48,985 bases of DNA from Methanobacteriota archaeon (GTDB lineage: Archaea > Thermoplasmatota > Poseidoniia > Poseidoniales > Thalassarchaeaceae): positions 2,152 through 51,136 of the forward strand of contig PBBV01000008.1 of NCBI GenBank assembly GCA_002717835.1. The letters run 5' to 3'. Each line of letters begins with the position of its first letter. Position 1 is the stretch's first letter. Positions 38,939-48,800 of the stretch are shown piece by piece. Made by a program: the position numbers and the translations under genes. Under the pieces are notes generated by a model. It made no database searches. It was not told the origin of the DNA and saw only the letters and a program-made list of their open reading frames with translations.

Positions 38939-40345
38939 TCACATTGTGAATGATGCTGCGATAGTGCCAAGATCTTGGACTCTCAAAGCTCCTATAATCT
39001 CCTGATTCATGACTCGCGTATTTGTTGTTGTTTTCACTGTGTTAACAGTTTTCTCTGCGATTTCGATCAAGGACTCAACAGTTGCACTGCCAGTTAAGAA
39101 AGACTTCGCCTGCCCTGTTAATTTTGTCTCGGCGGCGCCAACTGAGTCTCCTGATTCCTTGTATAAATCTTCAATTCTTTTGTTGGCCGAATCTACACTT
39201 TGGAGGATGTCCTTCGAACCTCCAAACTCACAGTTTAATGACCATTTTCCTGCCTCTCCTCCTGCTAATGAACCAGTATAAAGATTCTCTAACATGGTAT
39301 TTCCTGGTAATATCGATGAGGTGTGAAACCCAGTGCTTGCAGATGGACCTGCTGCATAAACGCCTGTTGCCCACATCTTGCCTGACTCGATTGTGACCCT
39401 CCCTTTTTCGTCCACAGGAATCCCGCCGGTGGTTTCCATAACCTGATGTTTTACTGGAATTACATCAATGGAAGTATCCAGTCCTGTGGAGTCCAGAATC
39501 GTCTTTCTAATCGAATCGAACCAAATTGAATGTTGGTTATCAATAAATCTCATATCTACTACCGCATCTTCTTTATGGCTCAATGGGTCAATGTCTTCAC
39601 CAGATTCAGATCTATATCTTCCACCGACATCCAGAATCTCGAAGGGGATTGGAACGTTCGTTCCTCTGATAACCATGGGATGGAGAGGCACCTTCTGCAA
39701 ATTCTGTGGGCTGATGCCCGCTCTTATTGCCAACGCAATCGCATTTCCTGAGCCGATAGAAGGATTGGACCACAGACCTTGGTAGCCCTCATCGGCCAAT
39801 ATTATTGCCTTGCACTGATATGGCTTTACTTTCCCATCAAGTAAGTCTAGCGCAACAATTCCTCGAATCTGGCTGTTGTCCATCACCAATGAGAGTGGAA
39901 TGTGATTCTGTCGTCTTTGAATAGACCTCTTCAGAACCTGTTCATCCAGAATCTGTGTTATGTATCTGTTAGTAGCGTCCCCTGCGCCGGAAAGTCGAGG
40001 TACGGCGTGTCCTGGCACTGATGAAAGGTGGGGTAATCCACCTTTGTCCCTCCGTAGTATCATCCCCCATCGCTCTAGCTCAGAAAGAATCTCCACCGAT
40101 GAAGAGCATGTTCTTCTAACAGCTTGTTCATTCGTACTCTCATCTCCTAGCGCAATCGTGTCTTCGATGTGGGCTTCAGGAGTGGTTTCCCCTAGAGATG
40201 CGGCAAGTCCGGCGGTGGATGGACTTATGATTGGGCCTGGGGATTGGTGAACTAAGACAGTATTGGCACCGGAATCGCTAGACTCAATTGCAGCGCGAAG
40301 TGCTGAAGGTCCGGTTCCTATGACCAATACGTCCCACGACTCCAT
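38939..40345 (-). CDS. Divergent SdhA/FrdA/NadB-family FAD-binding protein
   Basis: DVLVIGTGPSALRAA Rossmann motif, ELERWG, KAIILA, GGIPVD, GVYAAG. Catalytic motifs are degenerate. Confidence 0.8.
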   Translation of the reverse strand: MESWDVLVIGTGPSALRAAIESSDSGANTVLVHQSPGPIISPSTAGLAASLGETTPEAHIEDTIALGDESTNEQAVRRTCSSSVEILSELERWGMILRRDKGGLPHLSSVPGHAVPRLSGAGDATNRYITQILDEQVLKRSIQRRQNHIPLSLVMDNSQIRGIVALDLLDGKVKPYQCKAIILADEGYQGLWSNPSIGSGNAIALAIRAGISPQNLQKVPLHPMVIRGTNVPIPFEILDVGGRYRSESGEDIDPLSHKEDAVVDMRFIDNQHSIWFDSIRKTILDSTGLDTSIDVIPVKHQVMETTGGIPVDEKGRVTIESGKMWATGVYAAGPSASTGFHTSSILPGNTMLENLYTGSLAGGEAGKWSLNCEFGGSKDILQSVDSANKRIEDLYKESGDSVGAAETKLTGQAKSFLTGSATVESLIEIAEKTVNTVKTTTNTRVMNQEIIGALRVQDLGTIAASFTM

Positions 40346-40398
40346 GTTGTTCAGTCAGCTCCAGACAAGTGTTCTGAATGAACATGACGCTTCGTTCG

Positions 40399-41826
40399 TT
40401 ATCGAATGATGGTTCTAGTGATCATAGAATACACTTCTTTGATTGCATTTCTAATTGTACTGAATATGAATCCGTCTCCGTCTTCCATTATCGTCCACAA
40501 TACGAGTGACTTGACTGTAGTTTCATTCTCCGTTAGAAGATTGACTTGAACTGAACGGCCCTCATGTCCTGATTTATTCCACGCCATGCCGATCCAGAGA
40601 ATGTGTGAATTGTCGATAATTTCGTTGAATCTGTTCCAACCATCTGTACCGTCAGTTCTACCAGGCCTTACACTTCGATCGATAGGGGGAAGGCGAATTA
40701 TCTGAATCTCAGGTTCTCCTTCAACGGTGATTATATCGATTTCAAACGGCCTGGAGGAATTCTGATCTGGGCTTGCTAAAACGAAAAGGTCGCTCTCACC
40801 ATGCATTGCCCTCGGTGGAAGGTCCGCATCTAGTATCCATGTATCGGATTTACGGGGTCTTGATTCTCTCTGTATTGTTCTAGACAAGAGTCGGAAAAGC
40901 CCTGGTTTCCTTTCAATGACGTGACTCAATAGCATTTCGAGTTGTTCAAAATTAAAAGGCACGTGTCTTTCTCTTAGACGTTCTACGGATCTGGAATTCA
41001 GGACCTCTGAACAAATCCTATCTTTTTCATTCTGTTCAATCTCTCCGATCATTGAGAGGTAGATGGCTCTCAATACTGTTTCAATCGCATCTTCTGATTG
41101 CTGTTGTCGTCTTACCCCTTTACTTATTCTTTCCATCCAGAGGTTCCATCTGCTAGAAGTTTCAGGGTCAAGGTGCGCATACACTAGATCGACTAGCAGA
41201 GGCTCAGCAAGAGTGTCGTGGAGAGATGGTGTGTGGAGTTTCAACAAGGGAGTGCTTCCAGTATCCATTGTTTTTTGATTTTCAATTGATAGTGTTGCAA
41301 ATAGAATGACTATGGATAAGATGGCGGTCAGACCCAGAAGAGTTAACGAAAGATCTGTTTGAAGAGGAGTGGAAGAGATGGTTGAAGCGAGTACGAAACC
41401 CACTACAGCTGCAGAAACCCTGGTTCTCTCCCTGAGCTTATTCTCTTCGAGTTGATTCAATATTCTATCAACACCGACATATGATTCTCTGAGTGAGAAT
41501 CCCTGTCTCCTAAGCTCTAACCGATCTTTGGCGGCCATTCTTGCATAAGAAGATGCAATCAAGGGGGGGACAAACAAAATGATAGAGATCAACCACATTA
41601 TTCTAGAAGTGTTAAGAAAAGTTGAGTCCAAGAAAGTTGATGAGGCTACGATAGATACTGGAAGAGCGAAAGCGAGCAAGTACCTCATAAAGCGAAGAAC
41701 TGGATTCGTAGTGAGGTTTGTCCATCTTCCTCTCCATTTGTCCCTGGACAATATTCTTCTTTCCATCGCTGAAGAAACCGAAGACTGTTTCTCTTCGGAT
41801 TCGGCGTAAGGTGTTGGCAGATCCAT
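40399..41826 (-). CDS. Hypothetical membrane protein (about 4 TM) with large soluble C-terminal region
   Basis: 475-aa ORF with four hydrophobic segments in the N-terminal 180 aa. Confidence 0.75.
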   Translation of the reverse strand: MDLPTPYAESEEKQSSVSSAMERRILSRDKWRGRWTNLTTNPVLRFMRYLLAFALPVSIVASSTFLDSTFLNTSRIMWLISIILFVPPLIASSYARMAAKDRLELRRQGFSLRESYVGVDRILNQLEENKLRERTRVSAAVVGFVLASTISSTPLQTDLSLTLLGLTAILSIVILFATLSIENQKTMDTGSTPLLKLHTPSLHDTLAEPLLVDLVYAHLDPETSSRWNLWMERISKGVRRQQQSEDAIETVLRAIYLSMIGEIEQNEKDRICSEVLNSRSVERLRERHVPFNFEQLEMLLSHVIERKPGLFRLLSRTIQRESRPRKSDTWILDADLPPRAMHGESDLFVLASPDQNSSRPFEIDIITVEGEPEIQIIRLPPIDRSVRPGRTDGTDGWNRFNEIIDNSHILWIGMAWNKSGHEGRSVQVNLLTENETTVKSLVLWTIMEDGDGFIFSTIRNAIKEVYSMITRTIIR

Positions 41827-41938
41827 ATGTGGTTCGGCCGACCCTTTTGCTGAATGTGTTTGAGGTCATCGCTCGTTGAAGCGAAAATTTGGCTATTCGA
41901 TAGGAGGCTTTCTTGAATGAGGCGGCCTGGGGCGGAAC

Positions 41939-42016
41939 GGGCGTGTAGCATAGCCTGGATAATGCACCGGCCTCCTAAGCCGGGGACCGCGGGTTCGAAT
42001 CCTGCCGCGCCCGCCA
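41939..42016 (+). tRNA. tRNA-Arg (anticodon CCT), CCA encoded
   Basis: Acceptor GGGCGTG/CGCGCCC, anticodon arm CCGGC-CTCCTAA-GCCGG, T-loop GTTCGAAT, 3' GCCA. Confidence 0.95.
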
Positions 42017-43150
42017 TTATGTTGTTATGATGCGGTTACGTCCGATTTCAGCGACGCGGTGTAGAAAATCTTCGAAATGGATCCGTGCATGGGTATGTAA
42101 TTGGATATCTCTGCTGCATTTGGCTAGAGCCTGCAGTATCTCGCTTCTAAGTAAGTCATTCAGTGGGAGCCGTCGGCCGACGAGGGCTGAATGTATCTGA
42201 TCGATGACATCTTCTGGCTCAAGGCCGTGATCATCCAAAAGACGGTCTACTTCAGCAACAGCTCCCGTTCTTACTTTGATTCTTCTACCATTTCTATCTA
42301 ACCATCTTGAGCCGACGACCTTGCCTTGGAGGGCCATCTCTATGATATCCCTGCCCGCCTTCATGGTGATTCCCTGAATTAAATCGTGAATTGATGATCG
42401 ATCGGATAATTTGCCGTGTACCCAAAGCAATTCGAGCATGAATATGGCTCTGCGAATATTGCCTTGGCTGGTATATAGGATATCATCAATAATGCCATCT
42501 TCCAGGTCAACACCTTCAGCATCGATTATTGCTTCTAGTGTTTTCTTGAGCATTTTATTCTCACAAGCAGGCAGTCGAATCATCTGTGTTCTCGATCTTA
42601 GTGCGTCTATGATAGCAGATGGTGCACGAGCTGTAAATATGAATCTGGAGGCGGGGCCCGCAGTTTCTAGCATTCTCCGGAGATAGGCTTGCCGTTTCAT
42701 ACTCATGTGATCTGCGTCTTCCAGGATGATCAGCCGGCTCAGAGGTTGTGCACTTTTTGATTCGGTTTCTTTGCCGGCGGGCGGTGGGTCGTCATTGGAA
42801 CTGTGTTCCCTGCGGCTGGAAAACGCTGCAAGAGACATCCTGCCAGCAAGAGTATCGGATGATTCTTTTCCTTCCGGCCGGAGGAATGTCTCAAACGATT
42901 CCATCGCGCCAGATTTCCTCTTCATGTCTCTAATGTTTCTAACATGAACGGTCGAAGCCCATGTGGGGCCTAATACCTGACGCGCATAAAGACGCCAAAG
43001 GGCGGTCTTACCGCAACCGGGAGGACCTGTTATGAGGAGGTGCGGGGGTTGAGGTAGAAGCGACATTGCAGTTACACGCTCAACAACCCGGGGAGGGGCT
43101 GCAAACTGCTCAAAAGTTCGAGGGGCATGATCGACAAGCCAACCAGACAC
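42017..43150 (-). CDS. Replication factor C small-subunit paralogue (divergent)
   Basis: W...HAPRTF, HLLITGPPGCGKT, LIILEDADHM, RFIF, IIDALRSRT, SQGNIRRAI. Confidence 0.85.
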   Translation of the reverse strand: MSGWLVDHAPRTFEQFAAPPRVVERVTAMSLLPQPPHLLITGPPGCGKTALWRLYARQVLGPTWASTVHVRNIRDMKRKSGAMESFETFLRPEGKESSDTLAGRMSLAAFSSRREHSSNDDPPPAGKETESKSAQPLSRLIILEDADHMSMKRQAYLRRMLETAGPASRFIFTARAPSAIIDALRSRTQMIRLPACENKMLKKTLEAIIDAEGVDLEDGIIDDILYTSQGNIRRAIFMLELLWVHGKLSDRSSIHDLIQGITMKAGRDIIEMALQGKVVGSRWLDRNGRRIKVRTGAVAEVDRLLDDHGLEPEDVIDQIHSALVGRRLPLNDLLRSEILQALAKCSRDIQLHTHARIHFEDFLHRVAEIGRNRIITT

Positions 43151-43186
43151 GTACTGTCTATTGTGGCTGGGGTCTTGAAGTCCGCG

Positions 43187-43492
43187 TTACTCTGCCCGTA
43201 GAGTTTTGATACCGTCGGGACCTTCTTTTCGGGGCTTCACGAAGATTCGATAGCCGCACTTGTGGCAGGATTTGCCTGTGGTGCCTATCTCTATGAACTC
43301 GATATGGCCGCATCGGACGCATCTGTATCTGATATCCAGTGGGTCCATAGGGGATGAGCAGTGATTGCAAGTGGCAGGTCCTTCTGCATCGAAAGGCTTC
43401 CTGTCTGTTCGGTTGCAAGAACGGCACTTGTACAAAGTCATGCGGTTCGTCATAAGATGCGCCGGTTTGGCAGCCTTCTTCAACCTGCCCAT
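43187..43492 (-). CDS. rpoP: RNA polymerase subunit Rpo12 (RpoP) with an additional N-terminal zinc ribbon
   Basis: C-terminal YRCVRCG..SCHKCGYRIFVKPR..TLRAE matches Rpo12. ATG 43492 lies 4 nt after the guaAA stop. Confidence 0.75.
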   Translation of the reverse strand: MGRLKKAAKPAHLMTNRMTLYKCRSCNRTDRKPFDAEGPATCNHCSSPMDPLDIRYRCVRCGHIEFIEIGTTGKSCHKCGYRIFVKPRKEGPDGIKTLRAE

Positions 43493-43496
43493 TGTC

Positions 43497-44090
43497 TTAG
43501 TCGGTCTTCCGGGCTCTATCGCATATGTTAACGAAGTTTCTGAATATTGTCTCGCCAAACTCGGAATCATTGACCTCTGGATGGAATTGGACCCCTAAAC
43601 GATCGCCGGATTCATTCTGCATTGCCTGTACACGACAAGAGTCGCTGGACGCGGTTATCCTGAAATTATCAGGTACATCCACCACCTCATCATTGTGACT
43701 CTCCCATACGATTTGTTCTGAGGGGGTGGATGAGAACAAGGGGCCGGGATCATCTGAAAGTTTCATAGTCGCTGCTCCAAATTCTGGCTCATTGGCTTCT
43801 GCGGCTCTCCCACCGTAGAAACCAGCCATGAATTGGAGGCCTGCACATATTCCAAGAATTGGGACCTCTAATGTTAGATATTCGGCACAACGACCTAGCT
43901 CCCCAGTTAACCCCACTCGTGCTGCTCCACCAGAAAGGATCAAACCATCGACGTCCCTCAATTCATCGAGCGGCGTGTCATTTGGAAATATCTTAGTATC
44001 AACGCCAAGATATCGAAGCATACGCCATTCTCTATGTGTCCATTGACCACCATTATCTATGACATCGATGACGAGGGGGGGCTTCCTCAT
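43497..44090 (-). CDS. guaAA: GMP synthase glutamine amidotransferase subunit A
   Basis: IDNGGQWTHR, ILSGG, LGICAG (nucleophile Cys), VWESHND, GVQFHPE. Confidence 0.93.
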   Translation of the reverse strand: MRKPPLVIDVIDNGGQWTHREWRMLRYLGVDTKIFPNDTPLDELRDVDGLILSGGAARVGLTGELGRCAEYLTLEVPILGICAGLQFMAGFYGGRAAEANEPEFGAATMKLSDDPGPLFSSTPSEQIVWESHNDEVVDVPDNFRITASSDSCRVQAMQNESGDRLGVQFHPEVNDSEFGETIFRNFVNICDRARKTD

Positions 44091-44194
44091 GGTAGAGTTG
44101 TTGTCTAGGCGGGCCATCAATACATTGCACTAGAATCGAAAGGTATGGCCGAGGGGCAGATTGAAAGATAATCCCCAACTCGCTCAAGAAGCAA

Positions 44195-44270
44195 GCCCCG
44201 ATGGTGTAGTGGCCTATCATGCAGCCCTGTCGAGGCTGCGACCCGGGTTCAAATCCCGGTCGGGGCGCCA
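44195..44270 (+). tRNA. tRNA-Asp (anticodon GTC), CCA encoded
   Basis: Acceptor GCCCCGA/TCGGGGC, anticodon arm CAGCC-CTGTCGA-GGCTG, GGTTCAAATCC, 3' GCCA. Confidence 0.96.
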
Positions 44271-44321
44271 AAAAATGACTCTTCGTGGCCTTCTTGCTTT
44301 GCATTGTCGCCGTTTACCAGG

Positions 44322-44972
44322 TCACTGGATTTCAGGCGGTATAATCTCATTTATGACCGCTGACAGCCCAATCTCCTCAGGGCATAACAGAGATCTGACC
44401 CCGAAAGCCTTTGCAGCCTCCATGTCTGAGAGTCTGTCGCCTACCATGACTGAATCTGCCTCGGATGGTCTTTCAATCCAATCACCGGCAAATCTCATCG
44501 ACAACTCGGACCATTTTTTAGCCGATTCTGCATGATTAATCAGCTGACGGGCCGCCTCCAACATGCCAGGATTGGGCTTTCTTGCCCACGCATTCTGATT
44601 TGGGAGATAGGGGCTGTGGAGTATCAAATCTAGAATCGCGTCTTTATCTTCTCGTAAGAGTAGATTCTGTATCCGGTCATGAATAAGTGCTAGATTTTCA
44701 GAATCCCAATACCCCCTGCCAATTGGAGATTGATTCGTTACAACAGCGATTCGTATGCCAGATCTGCGTAATCTTGCGATGCAATTGGCTACATTTGGGA
44801 GCAAAATAACCTCTGAGGGGGAGTTGACATAATTTTCAGACCCGATATTCAGCACCCCATCTCGGTCAAGATATGCAATGGACCCAGACCATGAGGTTGA
44901 ATCTGGAAGAGGGTGGAGCTCCAAGGGATCATCAAGCGGGACTCTGTCTCGGCATGGTAGATGCTGCGACAC
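44322..44972 (-). CDS. HAD subfamily IIIA phosphatase (GmhB/histidinol-phosphatase-like)
   Basis: YLDRDGVL, VVTNQS, RKPNPGM, MVGDRLSD. Confidence 0.88.
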   Translation of the reverse strand: MSQHLPCRDRVPLDDPLELHPLPDSTSWSGSIAYLDRDGVLNIGSENYVNSPSEVILLPNVANCIARLRRSGIRIAVVTNQSPIGRGYWDSENLALIHDRIQNLLLREDKDAILDLILHSPYLPNQNAWARKPNPGMLEAARQLINHAESAKKWSELSMRFAGDWIERPSEADSVMVGDRLSDMEAAKAFGVRSLLCPEEIGLSAVINEIIPPEIQ

Positions 44973-45046
44973 ACTCGTCGACTAGTCTGGTTATACAAAG
45001 CGCCTTCCTAAAAATGATTATTACGAGGGGGCCTCAAAATCTTCCT

Positions 45047-45871
45047 TCAGTTCTCTTTTTGATATTGGAGAGAATATTGTACAGCATTACGGAAAATGGT
45101 AATTGAAGGAGCTCTCCCATGATCAATCTCGTCATCTCTCGTCCAATCAGGCGAGAGCCATGTGCTGTGATATGCCTCTGGGTGTGGCATTAGGCCAAAG
45201 ACGAGTCCGGTTGGGTCGCAAACCCCTGCGATGTTTCTCCAACTTTGGTTCGGAGAAATTGGATATGGTAGTACTTGATCAGTAGCGCCGGGATATTCTG
45301 TAGATGGATCGACATATCTGGCCACGAGTTGCCCTCTTAGCGCCCATCGATCAAGCAGTTCTCGGTCATCCGTGACGAATTTGCCCTCTCCATGACGAAC
45401 GGGTACTCTAATTCTTGTAAGATCTTTAGTCCAAATACAGGGGCTATCTGAATCAAACTCCAGTGTAGCCCATCGATTCTCGTAATGGGCGCTATCATTT
45501 AGTGCAAGTGATGCTGTTTGGGTGAGCGTTACTTCCTCATCACCTGGCAGAAGCCCCATCTTTACTAGAACCTGGAAACCATTGCAGATGCCGATTACTG
45601 GTTTGCCATCCCGCACGAAGCGTCTGACCTGATCACGAAGGCCGAATCTGAGTCTGTTGCCCAACAACCTGCCACTGCCCAGATGATCTCCGAATGAGAA
45701 TCCACCAGGAACCGCCATGATATGATAATCATCTAGATTCAGATCACCTTTGACCAGCCTATTGACATGTACTTTTTCTGGGCTCCCTCCAGCCATCTCA
45801 AATACCGCCATGGTTTCAGTTTCACAATTAATACCGAAGCCGGATAGGACGGCTATACGCACCTGGGTCAT
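45047..45871 (-). CDS. purQ: Phosphoribosylformylglycinamidine synthase glutaminase subunit
   Basis: GINCE, PGGFSFGD, IGICNGFQ, HGEG, GLMPHPE. ATGA overlap with purL. Confidence 0.95.
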   Translation of the reverse strand: MTQVRIAVLSGFGINCETETMAVFEMAGGSPEKVHVNRLVKGDLNLDDYHIMAVPGGFSFGDHLGSGRLLGNRLRFGLRDQVRRFVRDGKPVIGICNGFQVLVKMGLLPGDEEVTLTQTASLALNDSAHYENRWATLEFDSDSPCIWTKDLTRIRVPVRHGEGKFVTDDRELLDRWALRGQLVARYVDPSTEYPGATDQVLPYPISPNQSWRNIAGVCDPTGLVFGLMPHPEAYHSTWLSPDWTRDDEIDHGRAPSITIFRNAVQYSLQYQKEN

Positions 45872-48800
45872 TGTGGGCCACCTCCATCGAGGGTGTCTTT
45901 CCACTCATTTCGTAAAGCGCTCATCGAGGTGGAGATTAGTGCTGTTTCTCCTTGTGTTATTGTGATTATATCCCCTTGTTCAACAACCCCTAAAAGGTAA
46001 CATGCATGGCCTGTCATTATATTTTCAAACATCTTACATTTATCGGGTTTCACACTGACGAGTATGCGGCCCAGCGATTCCCCAAATAACGCTCCCCACG
46101 GCTCTATCTGGTCGCAGTCGGACATGATTGGCGATATGTCCACGCGCGCTCCGGAATCTGAGCCAAAGCAACACTCTGAAATTGCTACTGCTAATCCACC
46201 ATCACTACAATCATGGGCGCTCGCAACAAGTTCCTTCTGCATCGCATCCGTAAGGGCTCTGTACATGGCCATATTTCGAGAGGTGTCTATTTCTGGTACA
46301 CGGCCTCCAATCCCAGATTTTCCTTGGGTCTCTTCTCTAAACATGAATGCGATCTCGCTAGCTCCGAGTTCTTGATGAGTCTCTCCGCACAAATATATCC
46401 TATCTCCAGGGAATTTGAAATCGCTTGACACGGCCTTTCGAACATCCTTATGGTTCCCAATCAGACTGAATAGAATTGTTGGGGGAATGCTGATCTTCTC
46501 ACCATGTATCTTAGCGTCATTTTTCATTGAGTCTTTTCCACTTATGCATGGTAATTTGTAGGCTCTACATACATCGTCTAAAGCACGATTTGCACGGACC
46601 AATTGAGCCAGTTTATACCTGCCATCAGGGGTCTTTTTAGATTGTACTGGATCAGGCCAACAGAAGTTATCCAGACCGGCGATAAGGTCAAGATCGACGC
46701 CGACGCAAACCGCATTACGCAGAGCTTCATCGATACTGGCGGCAGTCATTGCATATGCATCGATATCGGAATATCTTGGAATGATTCCATTGGATATCAC
46801 AGCACCTTGTGTTTGGCCCTGAATTGGAGCGATGACAGCAGCATCACCAGGGGCGTCGTGGTTGACACCACAGAACGGTTTAATGACTGATTGAGCAATG
46901 ACTTCGTGGTCATATGAACGAACCCCCCATTCCTTGCTGGCAATGTTGGGTCTAGCTATGAGTCTCGTGAGTGCTTTCCCCATCTGTGAAACTTCGGGAA
47001 GGATCATTTCGGCGTGTCTCGGTGGGAACCACTCAGACTCTAGTTCTAATTGGGGACAGCCGTCATGGAGAAATGAAATGGGTAGGTGGGCCACTACATC
47101 GTTTCCCATTCGAACGACGAATGCCCCTGAATCAGTAAATTTTCCAACTGCTGTTGCTTCGACCTCGTGAAGCTCGGCGAGAGCCTCGAAGAAATCGCAG
47201 TCCTCTGGTTTTACACCTACAGTCATCCTTTCTTGGGACTCTGAGACCAATATCTCCCATGGGCTCAGGCCAGCCTGCTTGAGAGGCACTACTGCGAGAT
47301 CTAAATCTGCTCCACCAGTCAGTTCAGCCATCTCTCCGACTGAGCTTGAAAGGCCGCCTGCGCCATTATCTGTTATAACTTGTATCAATCCTTCGTCTCT
47401 TGCCTCGATTATCATATCGAGCATTTTCTTTTGGGTAATCGGATCGCCAATTTGAACGGCAGAGCTTGGACTATCTTCTGTTAACTCAAGGCTAGAAAAG
47501 GTAGCACCGTGGATGCCATCGAAGCCGACTCTCCCACCAACCATGTAAACGATGTCGCCAGGAGTGGGAGTTTTGGTGTGTGATTCCCTTCCATCAGAGA
47601 GGTTGCGGGGCATTATGCCTACCGTTCCGCAATATACCAACGGCTTGCCTAAGTATCTCTCATCGAATATAATCGCGCCGTTAACCGTGGGTATTCCAGA
47701 TTCATTTCCACCAGCCCTGACTCCCGCGTGAACGCCGCGAAACACTCTGGAGGGGTGAAACAATCCCTTGGGTATGTTTCCTTTGAAATCGGGTGGGCCA
47801 AAGCAAAATACGTCTGTGTTTGCAATCGGTTTCGCACCCAATCCCGTACCAAGGATGTCTCTATTGACTCCAACGATGCCGGTCATGGCTCCACCGAACG
47901 GATCTAAGGCGCTAGGTGAGTTGTGAGTCTCGGCTTTCATGCAGAGGCTCCAATTTTCATTCCAAGCGATAACTCCTGAATTATCGTGGAAAATCGATAG
48001 TAGCCAATCGACTTCCTTTTGAATGTCCAGAGTGGGTTTCATAATATGTGTCTTGAAAAGAGAATCAATTGTTGATGACTCGCCGGTTTCCATGTCTTTA
48101 TGGTGGATTTTAGCTGCGAATATCTTGTGGGAACAGTGCTCGGACCAAGTCTGTGCTAAGCACTCTAGTTCGGCGTCAGTGGGTGCGTTTGGTGGTAGAT
48201 CCAAATCCTGTCTTTTCTGTTTCACAACAGGATCTCTGTAGTGTGATTGTATTGCCTTCATCTCTCGCAGACTTAGGGCCAAGAGGCCTCTCTCGCTTAT
48301 GTCAATAAGTTCCTCATCCTCAACCTCCAAGTCTATGGTTTCTGGTTTGCGTTTCTTCTGATCGGGGAGTATGGGAAAGGGGATCAAATTGTTCACTCTT
48401 TCATCTGAATCTAAAATGGCACATTGTTCGAGCATTGGATTGTGCAATACTGCAATTATCGGTTCGATATCTGGGATATTGTTTACAAACCAAAAATGAT
48501 ATGATATCGTCGATGCAACACTAGTTTTCTTCCCTGGAAATAAAGTTCTGAGTCCATCTTCCGCGGCCATGGCTCTGTTGTCGGTTACACCTGGTTTGAA
48601 ACCGACTTGAATTGTGATATCTGAAAGACCCATATCTGGAAGAATGCCCGCTGCTATCGTGCCGTCAAGTGAGTAATTTTCTATGATTGGATCTGAAAAA
48701 AGGTCCATTGCTGCGTTACTTCTTTCTTCTTGATTAAAATCACCTTGGATGGTGTAGCCCAAGCTGGTCCTGATAGTCTTCACATGGGCTTCTATTTCTC

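Noticed and set aside
38939-40345. Calling this gene sdhA, nadB or a pseudogene
   Set aside because: Missing catalytic residues argue against either symbol, and the uninterrupted frame argues against a pseudogene.
41685-42017. 110-aa minus-strand ORF (MAGAAGFEPA...) and the ORFs at 44053-44535
   Set aside because: They are translations across the tRNA genes.
41939-44270. tRNAs as integration sites or a tRNA-bounded island
   Set aside because: The intervening genes are core (RFC, Rpo12, GuaAA). No integrase and no duplicated tRNA 3' ends were seen.
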